Positions 37,596 to 47,184 of a stretch of 64,000 bases of DNA are shown piece by piece. How positions within the stretch are numbered: position 1 is the stretch's first letter; every line of letters begins with the position of its first letter. The notes beneath the pieces are model-generated. The model saw nothing but the letters and a program-made list of their open reading frames with translations. It had not been told where the DNA came from and made no database searches. The DNA is taken from the NCBI GenBank assembly GCA_963716655.1, contig CAVQTV010000003.1, forward strand, positions 55,820-119,819, given 5' to 3'. The stretch is from an uncultured Actinomycetota bacterium (GTDB taxonomy: Bacteria; Actinomycetota; Actinomycetes; Propionibacteriales; Nocardioidaceae). The translations under genes were made by a program, and so were the position numbers.

Positions 37596-38229
37596 GTCGG
37601 CACCCCGCCCTTGTCGTCCTCCTCGTCGTCCGCGTCCACCGCGTCGTCCACGCCGGCCTGGGCGCGCTCCTCCTTGACGGCGTCGCCCGACACCCGCCAC
37701 ATGGTGACCACGATGTAGACGACCAGCGCGATCGCCGGGATCACGATCACCAGCAGCTGCACCCAGCGCACCTGGAGGGCCATGTAGAAGTACCCGACGT
37801 ACGGGATGTGATGGGCCACCCGGGCCTGGTCCGGACCGTCGAGCACCATCTTCCAGGCGTCGACCTCGTCGTTGGCGTCCCCCTTCGTGCGGAACATCCG
37901 CTCGCCGGCGTTGCTCCCGCCGGTCTCCTCGTCGAGAGTGGTGATCTCCACGACCCGGTGGGTCACCGGGTCGTCGATGCCGAACTCCGGGCGGCGGGAC
38001 GAAGGTGATGATGTCGCCGACCGAGATGTCGTCGACCGGGACCACCTCGTCGTACACGACGGAGCCGATCGGCAGGGTCGGCTCCATGGAGCCGCTGATG
38101 ATGACGTAGCGCTCGAAGCCGAGCAGCGTCGGCACCACCATCAGGGCCGCGAGGATGATCGCCCCGACCAGGGCGGTGGTCACCGCGATCGAGATCAGCC
38201 GGTGCGCCAGCCGCGACCCGGCCGCTCAC
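37592..38229 (-). CDS. sipW: Signal peptidase I, SipW (ER/archaeal Ser-His type; frameshifted)
   Basis: IISGSMEPTLPIGS, VGDIITF, VTHRVV and FRTKGDAN; C-terminal IPYVGY plus TM; acidic tail. Confidence 0.88.
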
Positions 38230-38760
38230 TGCACCGACTCCATCTGCCAGTCGAGGTCCAGGCTGACCTGTTCGCCCTGGAGGTACCGGCCGTCATCGCG
38301 TGCCGGCCACTCCACGGTGATCGTGTAGGTGCGGCTGTCGTCGAGGGCGAGGGTGCCCAGTCCGCACCCGGTCCAGATCCGCCAACGGGCCGTCGTAGGC
38401 CGGGCTCGACAACGCCGGCACCGTCTGCTGGATCCGGATGTTCAGGATCTCGACCAGTGGAGGACGCGCCTGGGCGTCGGCGACGAACGCCTCGAGGAAC
38501 AGCTCGGCTCGGTGACCGGTGTTCGTCACGACCTGATTGCCGCTGCGGATGTCGCCCGGGAGCATCTCGTTGCCGTTGACGACCGGCCCGGTCTGGGAGA
38601 GGTCGAAGCTGACGGCGCCGGCCGCGAACTCGTTGCCGGGCGAGCGTGACGTCGAGGTGAAGTACGCGCCCGAGAAGGCCACGACCGACGCCGCGAGGAT
38701 GAGGATCACGCCGACCGTGATCAGGAGCACCACGAAGCGACGGTCCCGCAGGAACGCCAC
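38226..38760 (-). CDS. TasA/CalY-family fibre subunit #2 with SipW-type signal (frameshifted)
   Basis: GTG start after a hairpin (alternative ATG at 38802). FSGAYFTSTSRSPGNEFAAGAVSFDL closely resembles the CalY/TasA N-terminus; MLPGD, TNTG, YDGPLADL, YTITVEWP and YLQG follow. Confidence 0.8.
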
Positions 38761-38763
38761 TTG

Positions 38764-38788
38764 CGGCCCACCCGTGGCGGGTGGGCCG
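38764..38788 (-). promoter_or_regulatory. Intra-operon GC-rich hairpin after the first tasA-like gene
   Basis: Perfect 11-bp stem CGGCCCACCCG / CGGGTGGGCCG with a 3-nt loop, 21 nt after the stop at 38810. Confidence 0.65.
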
Positions 38789-38809
38789 GAGGCCGGTGCC
38801 ATCCCGGCC

Positions 38810-39382
38810 TCAGCTAGTGGCCTGCGTGGCGTCCCAGGTGAAGTCGAGGGTCGTCTGTGCGCTCTGGAACTCGTTGCCCGCAGCCGCGTCGAAGGTCACC
38901 GTGAACGTGTAGGTGTGGGACTCGTCCGGCTGCCAGGTGCCGAGGTCGACGGTCCCTACGTCCGCGAGCGGGCCGGTGTAGACGTCCGCCGTCCCGTCGT
39001 TGACGACCAGGGAGAGCACGCTCGAGAACGCCGGGTCCGCGGGGGTGTCCACGAGGTTCGACGAGGTCATCGAGAAGTCGCCCTCGGCGTCGCCGACGTT
39101 CGTGATCTCCACAGTGCCGGTCGCCGACTCACCGGGCAGCAGATCCGCCACGGTGAGGATCGCCAGACCCTCCTCGGAGTTCTCGATCTCCATGCTGCCA
39201 CTGCCCACCATGTTGCCGGGGTTGGCCGACGAGCTGGTGAAGAGGCTGAACGAGAAGGTCACGACGATGGCCGCGATGATGATGACGACCAGGGCGATGA
39301 TCAGCTTCTTGGAGTTCTTGCCCATCCAGGCGAGTCGCTCCTGAGTGGTCGGATCCTGAGCGGGTGTGGGCGTGCTGGACAT
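38810..39382 (-). CDS. TasA/CalY-family fibre subunit #1 (probable major subunit)
   Basis: Intact 190-aa ORF with GAGGGA RBS. KK-led hydrophobic signal, FSFSLFTSSSANPGNMVGSG, DLLPGES..G.VEITNVGD, VYTGPL, YTFTVTF, AGNEFQ and C-terminal FTWDATQ. Confidence 0.85.
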   Translation of the reverse strand: MSSTPTPAQDPTTQERLAWMGKNSKKLIIALVVIIIAAIVVTFSFSLFTSSSANPGNMVGSGSMEIENSEEGLAILTVADLLPGESATGTVEITNVGDAEGDFSMTSSNLVDTPADPAFSSVLSLVVNDGTADVYTGPLADVGTVDLGTWQPDESHTYTFTVTFDAAAGNEFQSAQTTLDFTWDATQATS

Positions 39383-39433
39383 GGGCAGACTCCCTCGATC
39401 GTGTGCATTCCCACGTTCGACGTTAGGCCCGTT

Positions 39434-40159
39434 TCAGCCGTCCGCGTCTCCCCCGGATCGGGTGATCGGCACGATGCCGGTCCGCCCTTCCCACGCGCCG
39501 TGCTCCGAGAGCGGCCGGAAGCGGTACGTCGCGAACTCGTGGTGGAAGTCGCGACGCTCGCGTTCGGCCATCGCGGCGACGTGCCGCTCCGGCTCCGGGA
39601 CCGTCGACCTGCCGTGCACCATCTCCTCCATCTCGCGCACCGAGCGCCACACGGAGAAGGTCGAGATCGTCCGTGGCGGCCGGAAGCCGGCGAGGGCGAG
39701 CGTGGTGCCGGGATGGTCGCGGACGAGCCGCTCGACGGGCTTGCCCCAGTGGAGGAACCGAGGCACCTCTCGCACGCGCATCCGCGCGACGGTGACCGCG
39801 ACGACGGGCTCGTCCTGGTCCCAGGCACCGGCCCGCACCGGCAGACCGGGCAGGGCCTCGAGGGTCGACCAGCGGCGCAGGAACTCCAGGCGCACGTGCC
39901 AGCCGCCGGCGAGGTGGCGGCCGAGGGCGTCCTCATCCAGGAAGCGCTCGAGGGCGGCCTCGTCGCGCCACTGCGCGAAGACGGCCAGGCGGCGCAGCTG
40001 CAGTCGGTCCGGGGACACGGTGGGTGCGCCGAGCCGCATCAGCGCCAGGGACTCGGCATGGTCCAGCCCGGGAACCGTCCTGCTGGACGGCGGGCGCGCG
40101 AGCGCACGCGCCGTCACCGAGCGCGGGAGCTCCGCGAGGTGGAACGTGTGGACGGTCAC
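39434..40159 (-). CDS. Spheroidene monooxygenase (CrtA)-like dimeric alpha/beta-barrel protein
   Basis: Intact ORF with AVFAQWRDEAALERF, PVVAVTVAR...RF, TFSVWRS, H..AM and FRPLSEHGAWEG. Confidence 0.55.
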   Translation of the reverse strand: MTVHTFHLAELPRSVTARALARPPSSRTVPGLDHAESLALMRLGAPTVSPDRLQLRRLAVFAQWRDEAALERFLDEDALGRHLAGGWHVRLEFLRRWSTLEALPGLPVRAGAWDQDEPVVAVTVARMRVREVPRFLHWGKPVERLVRDHPGTTLALAGFRPPRTISTFSVWRSVREMEEMVHGRSTVPEPERHVAAMAERERRDFHHEFATYRFRPLSEHGAWEGRTGIVPITRSGGDADG

Positions 40160-40995
40160 GACGTGCGCTCCAGCTTGTAGTGGAGTCGCACCGCCGGCAT
40201 GGTGCGGAGGCGCAGCTCGTGGTCGGTTCGCAGCACGCCACGATCATCGACGTACACGTGGAAGGTCTCGTGCAGCGGCACCCGGGCAGCGAAGTCCCGG
40301 CCGTCGCGGACGACGACGTACGCGCCGTCCTGACCGAACCCGCCCGGCGGCGACTCGAGGACGAGCCCGCCGTCGTCGGTGACGGACGGGCGCAGGAAGA
40401 CCTGGACGTTGCCCGACTCGAGCGGGAACGCGACGTGGACGCTCGGCCGGTCGGCGCCGGGAAGCGTGCGAGCCGAGTAGCTGCCGCTGAAGACGTGGCG
40501 ACCGCTGGTGCGCAGCCGTCGCAGCCAGGCGGCTGCGACCTGTCCGCCGTCGCCGTCACGGATCAGGGTGATCCGGCTGTCCATGCCGTGGGCCACGTCG
40601 AGGGGCCGCATCGGCAGGGCGAGCTGCTCGACCCGCCGGCTGTAGAGGCGTGCGAGCAGCTCCCCACCTGGCCAGAAGAGCGGCGACCAGCTGGTCCACG
40701 CCTCCATCTGCCAGGCCGCGGTGTGCTCGTAGAAGTCGCGGATCTCAGGTCGTAGCCGCGCGGAGTCGAAGCCGGGGCCGTCGAGCATCGCCATGGAGGC
40801 CAGCAGGCCGGCGTTCGAGTCGTCTCGGTCCAGGAGCCAGCCGCGTCGTGCCGCCTCGCCGTCCAGCCATCCGTCCGCGACCGTCGCCGACAGGCTCATC
40901 GGCGCGTCGAGCCAGGACTCGCCGCCGTCGAGATCCACCGCCCGGCCGGTGAGCCGCCAGAACTTCCGGGACCCGAGGTCCAGCAGGTGGGGCAC
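40156..40995 (-). CDS. Hypothetical protein resembling the YndJ-family soluble domain
   Basis: Intact ORF with LRPEIRDFYEHT, SRRVEQLALP, AWLR, FSGSYS, VAFPLESGN and LHETFHVY. Confidence 0.55.
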   Translation of the reverse strand: MPHLLDLGSRKFWRLTGRAVDLDGGESWLDAPMSLSATVADGWLDGEAARRGWLLDRDDSNAGLLASMAMLDGPGFDSARLRPEIRDFYEHTAAWQMEAWTSWSPLFWPGGELLARLYSRRVEQLALPMRPLDVAHGMDSRITLIRDGDGGQVAAAWLRRLRTSGRHVFSGSYSARTLPGADRPSVHVAFPLESGNVQVFLRPSVTDDGGLVLESPPGGFGQDGAYVVVRDGRDFAARVPLHETFHVYVDDRGVLRTDHELRLRTMPAVRLHYKLERTS

Positions 40996-41005
40996 GGGGT
41001 GGAAC

Positions 41006-42976
41006 TTAGACCACGCTGAGCGGGAGCAGCTGCCGACCGGTCGGGCCGATCTGGATCTCGGTGTTCATCTCCGGGCAGACGCCGCAGTCGTAGCAGGGCG
41101 TCCAGCGGCAGTCCTCGACCTCGACGTCGGAGCTGCCGTCGGCGACCGCGAGGGCGTCCTCCCAGTCGGCCCACAGCCAGTCCTTGTCGAGACCGGAGTC
41201 GAGGTGGTCCCAGGGCAGCACCTCGTCGTACTCGCGCTCGCGGGTGGTGTACCAGCCGAGGTCGACGCCGGTGCCGGCCAGCGCCTGCTCGGTCGCCTCG
41301 ATCCAGCGGTCGTAGGAGAAGTGCTCGCTCCAGCCGTCGAAGCGGCCGCCGTCGCGCCAGACCTGCTCGATGACCGCGCCGACCCGGCGGTCGCCGCGCG
41401 ACAGCAGTCCCTCGATGATGCCGGGCTTGCCGTCGTGGTAGCGGAAGCCGATCGCCCGGCCGTAGCTTCTTGTCGTCGCGGACCGTGTCGCGCAGCTGCT
41501 TGAGCCGGTCGTCGGTGGTCTCGTGGTCGAGCTGCGCGGCCCACTGGAACGGCGTGTGCGGCTTGGGCACGAAGCCGCCGATCGAGACGGTGCAGCGGAT
41601 GTCGTTGCGCCCGGAGACCTCGCGGCCCTTGGCGATCACCTTCTTGGCGAGGTCGGCGACCTGGAGCACGTCCTCGTCGGTCTCGGTCGGCAGGCCGACC
41701 ATGAAGTAGAGCTTCACCTGGCGCCAGCCGTGGGAGTACGCCGCGGCGACGGTGCGGATCAGGTCCTCCTCGGTGACCATCTTGTTGATCACCTTGCGCA
41801 TCCGCTCGGAGCCGCCCTCGGGCGCGAACGTGAGGCCGGAGCGCCGGCCGTTGCGGGAGAACTCGTTGGCGAGGGTGATGTTGAAGGCGTCGACCCGGGT
41901 CGCTGGGCAGGCGCAGCGAGACGTTGGTGCCCTCGTAGCGGTCGGCCAGCCCCTTGGCGACCTCGCCGATCTCGGTGTGGTCGGCGCTGGACAGCGAGAG
42001 CAGGCCGACCTCCTCGAAGCCGGACTTGCGGATGCCGTTCTCGACCATGTCGCCGATGGTCTCGATGGAGCGCTCGCGCACCGGGCGGGTGATCATCCCG
42101 GCCTGGCAGAAGCGGCAGCCGCGGGTGCAGCCGCGGAAGATCTCGACCGAGAACCGCTCGTGCACGGTCTCGGCCAGCGGCACCAGCGGCTTGGCCGGGT
42201 ACGGCCAGGCGTCGAGGTCCATCAGGGTGTGCTTGCGGACCCGGAACGGGATGCCGGGACGGTTGGGCACGACGGCCTCGATGGTGCCGTCGGCGGCGTA
42301 CGTGACGTCGTAGAAGCGCGGCACGTAGATGTTGCCGCTGACCGCGAGCCGGCGGAGCACCTCGTCGCGGCCGCCGGGGCGGCCCTCGGCCTTCCAGTCG
42401 CGGACCACCTCGGAGATCGCGAGCACGACCTCCTCGCCGTCACCGAGGACGGCGGCGTCGAGGAAGTCGGCGATCGGCTCGGGGTTGAACGCGGCGTGGC
42501 CGCCGGCGAGCACGATCGGGTCGTCGTCGGTGCGGTCGACGCGCGTGCAGCGGGATGCCGGCGAGGTCGAGGGCGTTGAGCATGTTGGTGTAGCCGAGCT
42601 CGGTGGAGAAGCTCAGGCCGAACACGTCGAAGGCGCGCACCGGGCGGTGCGCGTCGACGGTGAACTGCGGGATCGGGCCCTCGGCGTCGCCGGTGCGCAT
42701 CAGCTGCTCCATGTCGGGCCAGACCGCGTAGGTGCGCTCGGCGACGATCCAGTCGCGCTCGTTGAGCACTTCGTAGAGGATCTGCACGCCCTGGTTGGGC
42801 AGCCCGACCTCGTAGGCGTCGGGGTACATCAGCGCCCAGCGGACCGTCTCGCCCTCGGGGCGCAGTCCCAGTCCTTGACGCGTGGAGTTCAGCTCGCCGC
42901 CGACGTACTGGATCGGCTTCGACACCGACGGGAGCCGGGGCTCGAGCCGGGGGAAGACGCTGACGGGCGCGGACAT
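41006..42976 (-). CDS. TIGR03960 family B12-binding radical SAM protein (frameshifted)
   Basis: KPIQYVGGELN, YPDAYEVGLPNQG, RGCTRGCRFCQAG (CxxxCxxC), KLYFMVGLPTE, FVPKPHTPFQW and DCRWTPCYDCGVC. Confidence 0.93.
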
Positions 42977-43055
42977 GCAACTACCTCGCAGAGCTGGGTT
43001 AGATCTTGGGGGGAAGCACCCAGGGTACGACGCTGCGGGGCAGCGGAGCGAACCG

Positions 43056-43214
43056 TCAGTCGCCGTCGGCGGCCAGCTCCTCCAGCGCCTTGCGCGCGAC
43101 CACCAGCTCCTCCTGGGCCAGGGCGATCAGGTCCTCGAGCCCGGCGACGCCGTAGCGGTTGGCCACCCCATGGACGGCCTCGGCGATGTCCGGCTCGATC
43201 TCGCGGTCGCTCAT
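43056..43214 (-). CDS. Small acidic helical protein, 52 aa (below the ORF-track cutoff)
   Basis: MSDREIEPDIAEAVHGVANRYGVAGLEDLIALAQEELVVARKALEELAADGD. Almost every third codon position is G/C and it fills the intergenic gap. Confidence 0.7.
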   Translation of the reverse strand: MSDREIEPDIAEAVHGVANRYGVAGLEDLIALAQEELVVARKALEELAADGD

Positions 43215-43232
43215 GCATCCATCCAAACAGAT

Positions 43233-44867
43233 CTACGGCGCCTGCTCCGCGCGCGCCGCGACGCTCGCGGACGTCGCCCGCAGCTCGACGGGCGGGAGCA
43301 GCAGCAGGATCAGGAACGCGAGGACGCCGACGCCGGCCGCGAGCATGAAGACCAGGTCCATCGACTCGGCGAAGCCGACCTTGAACGGGTGCGCGAACGC
43401 CGGTGGCAGCTTCTCGATGAACGAGGAGTCGTCCTGGATCTGCGCGATCGTCGACGGGTCGAGCACGTGTCCCTCGGCCACGGTCTGCTGCCACTCGGGC
43501 GTCTGCGACTCGGCCTCGATCGCGTCCTGGATGTTGCCGCCGAGGGTGCCGAACAGCACCGACAGGAAGACCGCGACACCGAGGGTGCCGCCGATCTGGC
43601 GGAAGAACGTCGCCGAGCTGGTGGCGACGCCGATCTCGGTCGGCGGCACGGCGCTCTGCACGATCAGCAGGAGCGGCTGCATGCAGTTGCCGAGGCCCAG
43701 GCCGAGCACCAGCATCGACAGGCTGACCCACACCATCGGGGTGTCGGCGCCGCAGAGCGACAGCAGGAACAGCCCGACGACGATCACCGCCGAGCCGACG
43801 ATCGGGAACAGCCGGATGTGGCCGGTCCGGGAGATCACCTGGCCGGACGCCGATCGAGCCGATCATCAGCCCGACCACCATCGGCAGCATCAGCAGGCCG
43901 GCCTCGGTCGGCGAGGCGCCGTGCACGATCTGCATGTACAGCGGGAGCAGCATGATGCCGCCGAACATCGCCATGCCGACGATCACGCTGGCCGCGATCG
44001 TGACCGCGGCCGGCCGGATCCGGAAGATCCGCAGCGGGATCAGCGCCGCGTCGCCCATCGCCCGCTCGGCGAGCACGAACGCGACCAGGCCGAGCGCGCC
44101 GATGACGTACGCCGCGACCGACTGCGGCGAGTCCCAGCCCCACTGCCGGCCCTGCTCGGCGACGGTCAGCAGCGGCACCAGGCAGACGACCAGGGCGATC
44201 GCGCCCCACCAGTCGATGCGGACGTGCCGCGGGGTGTGGTGGATGTGCAGGGTGCGGTAGACGACCAGCAGCGCGACGATGCCGATCGGGACGTTGACCA
44301 GGAACACCCAGCGCCAGCCGTCGATCGCCGAGGATCATCGCCTGCCCGGCGAAGAACCCGCCGATCAGCGGGCCGAGCACGCTCGACGTACCGAACATCG
44401 CCATGAAGTAGCCGGTGTAGCGAGCCCGCTCGCGCGGCGACACGATGTCGCCGATGATCGCGAGCACCAGCGTGAACAGGCCGCCGGCGCCGAGTCCCTG
44501 GAACGCGCGGAACGCCGCGAGCTGGTACATCGACGTGCGCGAACGAGCACAGCGCCGAGCCGATGATGAAGACCGTGATCGCGAACATGAAGAGCTTCTT
44601 GCGACCGTAGTTGTCGCCGAGCTTGCCGTAGATCGGCGTCGTGATCGTCGCGGTGATCAGGTACGCCGTGGTCACCCACGCCTGCATCGACAGCCCGTTG
44701 AGGTCGTCGGCGATGGTGCGGATCGACGTGCTCACGATCGTCTGGTCGAGGGCGCCGAGGAACATGCCGAGCATCAGCCCGGACAGGATCGTCAGGATCT
44801 GTCGGTGGGTGTACTCCCCCGAGTGGTCCGGTCCGGCTTCGGTGCCGGTCAGCGCCTTGTCCGTCAT
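43233..44867 (-). CDS. MFS efflux transporter, DHA2/MDR type (frameshifted)
   Basis: MFLGALDQTIVSTS, PIYGKLGDNYGRK, RAFQGLGAGG, VNVPIG and FFRQIGGTLG. Confidence 0.92.
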
Positions 44868-44918
44868 CGTCGCTCAGCGTAGAGGCGCACGCCGTACCGG
44901 CCTCCGTAGGGTTCCACC

Positions 44919-46027
44919 ATGAGCACCGGCACCCAGCAACGGTCCGCATGGACGACGTGGACGACCTGGGCGCCGTTGCTGGCGATGGTGGTGCTGGTCG
45001 CGTCGTGGGGCCGCCACCCCGGACCGCTCGTGGCGTCGGTGATCGCGGTCTTCCTCGTCGGCGCGGTGCTGGCCGCGGTGCACCACGCCGAGGTCGTCGC
45101 GCACCGGGTGGGCGAGCCGTTCGGGTCACTGGTGCTGGCGGTCGCGGTGACCGTCATCGAGGTGGCGCTGATCGTGACGCTGATGGTGACCGGCAGCGGC
45201 GACACGTCGGCGCTGGCACGGGACACCGTGTTCGCGGCCGTGATGATCACGCTCACCGGCATCGCCGGGCTGTCCCTGGTGGTCGGTGCGGTGAAGCACC
45301 ACCTCGCGGTGTTCAACCCGGAGGGCAGCGGGGTCGGCGCTGACGACCGTGGTCGCGCTGGCGACGCTGACGCTGGTGCTGCCGCGCTTCACCACGACCA
45401 CGCCCGGGCCGGAGTTCTCGCCCGCACAGCTGGCGTTCGCCGGCGATCGCGTCGCTGACGCTCTACGGGATCTTCGTGTTCACCCAGACCGTCAAGCACC
45501 GCGACTTCTTCCTGTCCAGTCGAGAACGACGACGCCGACGCCGCACGCCGACGGCACGCCGACCCGACCGCCAGGCCGCGCTGATCAGCCTCGCCCTGCT
45601 CGCGATCGCACTGGTCGGTGTGGTCGGGCTGGCGAAGGTCGAGTCGTACTCGATCGAGGACGCTGGTCGCGAAGGCCGGGCTTCCCGCACTCGTTCGTCG
45701 GCGTGGTGATCGCGCTGCTCGTGCTGCTGCCGGAGTCGATCGCGGCGGTCCGCTACGCCGCCCGCAACGAGGTGCAGACCAGCCTCAACCTCGCCTACGG
45801 CTCGGCGATGGCCGAGCATCGGCCTCACCATCCCGACGATCGCGGTCGCGTCGATCTGGCTGGACGGCCCCCTGGTGCTCGGCCTCGACCCGGTCCAGAT
45901 CGTGCTGCTGACGGTCTCGGTGATGGTCTCGGTGCTGACCGTCGTCCCCGGCCGCGCCAAGTCGCTCCACGGCTACGTGCTCCTGGTGCTGCTGGCCGCG
46001 TTCGTGTTCCTGGCGATCAACCCCTGA
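44919..46027 (+). CDS. Ca2+/H+ antiporter (CaCA/ChaA family; frameshifted)
   Basis: AAVHHAEVVAHRVGEPFGSLVLAVAVTVIEVALI, ARDTVFAAVMI, LLPESIAAV and SLNLAYGSA. Confidence 0.88.
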
Positions 46028-47184
46028 CGAGCACCCGCGCCGGCATCGTGTAGCGGGTGGGCAGCACGGCGTTCGAGCGCAGGTGGATGTTCTGCAGCAG
46101 CCCGATCGCGAGCATGCCCGGCGAACATCGAGCTGCCGCCGTACGACACGAACGGCAGCGGTACGCCGGTGACCGGCATGATGCCCAGGCACATGCCGAC
46201 GTTCTGGAACGCCTGGAAGCCGAACCAGCAGGCGATGCCGGCCGCGGCCAGCCGGCCGAAGACGTCGTCGGTGCGGGTGGCGATCGCCAGCGCCCGCCAG
46301 ATCACCAGCGCCGAGCAGCGCGATCAGCACGCCGGCGCCGAGCAGCCCGAGCTCCTCCCCCGCCACGGTGAACACGAAGTCGGTGTGCTGCTCGGGCACG
46401 AACCCGGCGCGGGTCTGCGAGCCGTCGAACAGCCCCTGGCCGAACAGCCCGCCGTTGCCGACCGCGATCCGGGCCTGCTCGACGTTGTAGCCGGCGCCGC
46501 GCGGGTCGAGGTCGGGGTTGGTGAACGCGAGGAACCGGTCGACCTGGTACTGCTTGAGGACGCCCGCCGCGATCGCGGCGCACGCGGCGGTCACCGCGCC
46601 ACCGGCGAGCAGCGCCAGCCAGCGGCGCGGGGCGCCGGAGACCGCGATCACGCCGAAGACCGTGGCCGACAGCACCAGCATCGTGCCGAGGTCGGGCTGG
46701 AGCAGGATCAGCGCCGCCGGCAGGCCCGCGATCGCGAGCATCCCGACGACGTCGCCCACACTCCCGCCAGGCCGCCCGCGGCGTACGTCGGCGCGCTCGG
46801 CGACCCACAGCGCCATCCCGATCACCACCGCGAGCTTGGCGAACTCCGACGGCTGGATCGACATCCCGCCGAGCATGCAGCCAGGACCGCGACCCGTTGA
46901 CCGTCGGTGCCCATGGTCAGCACCAGCACCAGCCCGGCGATCGACGCGACGTAGACGAGCGGCGCGACGATCCGCACCCACCGGTGGTCGGTGGCGAGCA
47001 CCAGCACCATCAGCACCAGGCCGATCGCGACGTTGACCAGCTGCTTCTTCAGGTACGCCGTGGGGTCGCCGCCGGTGAGGTCGTCGCGGTGCGTCGTCGC
47101 CGACCACACCAGCAGGCTGCCGAAGAGCACCAGGCCGAGCACGGCGAGCATCAGGATCCAGTCGATCCGGGGCGCCTTGATCAC
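46017..47184 (-). CDS. rodA: Rod shape-determining SEDS protein RodA (frameshifted)
   Basis: IQPSEFAK, LQPDLGT, PEQHTDFVF and MPVTGVPLPFVSYGGSS; follows mrdA. Confidence 0.93.

Noticed and set aside
36585..38183. 532-aa ORF that looks like a SipW-CBM3 fusion
   Set aside because: The SipW reading shifts frame near 37990 and its C-terminal half (ORF 37592-37966) has its own stop overlapping the ATG at 37595. The intervening translation is off-frame and the CBM3 protein has its own signal peptide, so the fusion is an indel artefact.
39434..40159. Carotenoid biosynthesis cluster
   Set aside because: Only a distant CrtA-like gene is present, with no crtB/crtI/crtE nearby.
33501..41005. Mobile element or prophage carrying the fibre operon
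   Set aside because: No integrase, transposase, tRNA target, terminal repeats or phage genes were visible.
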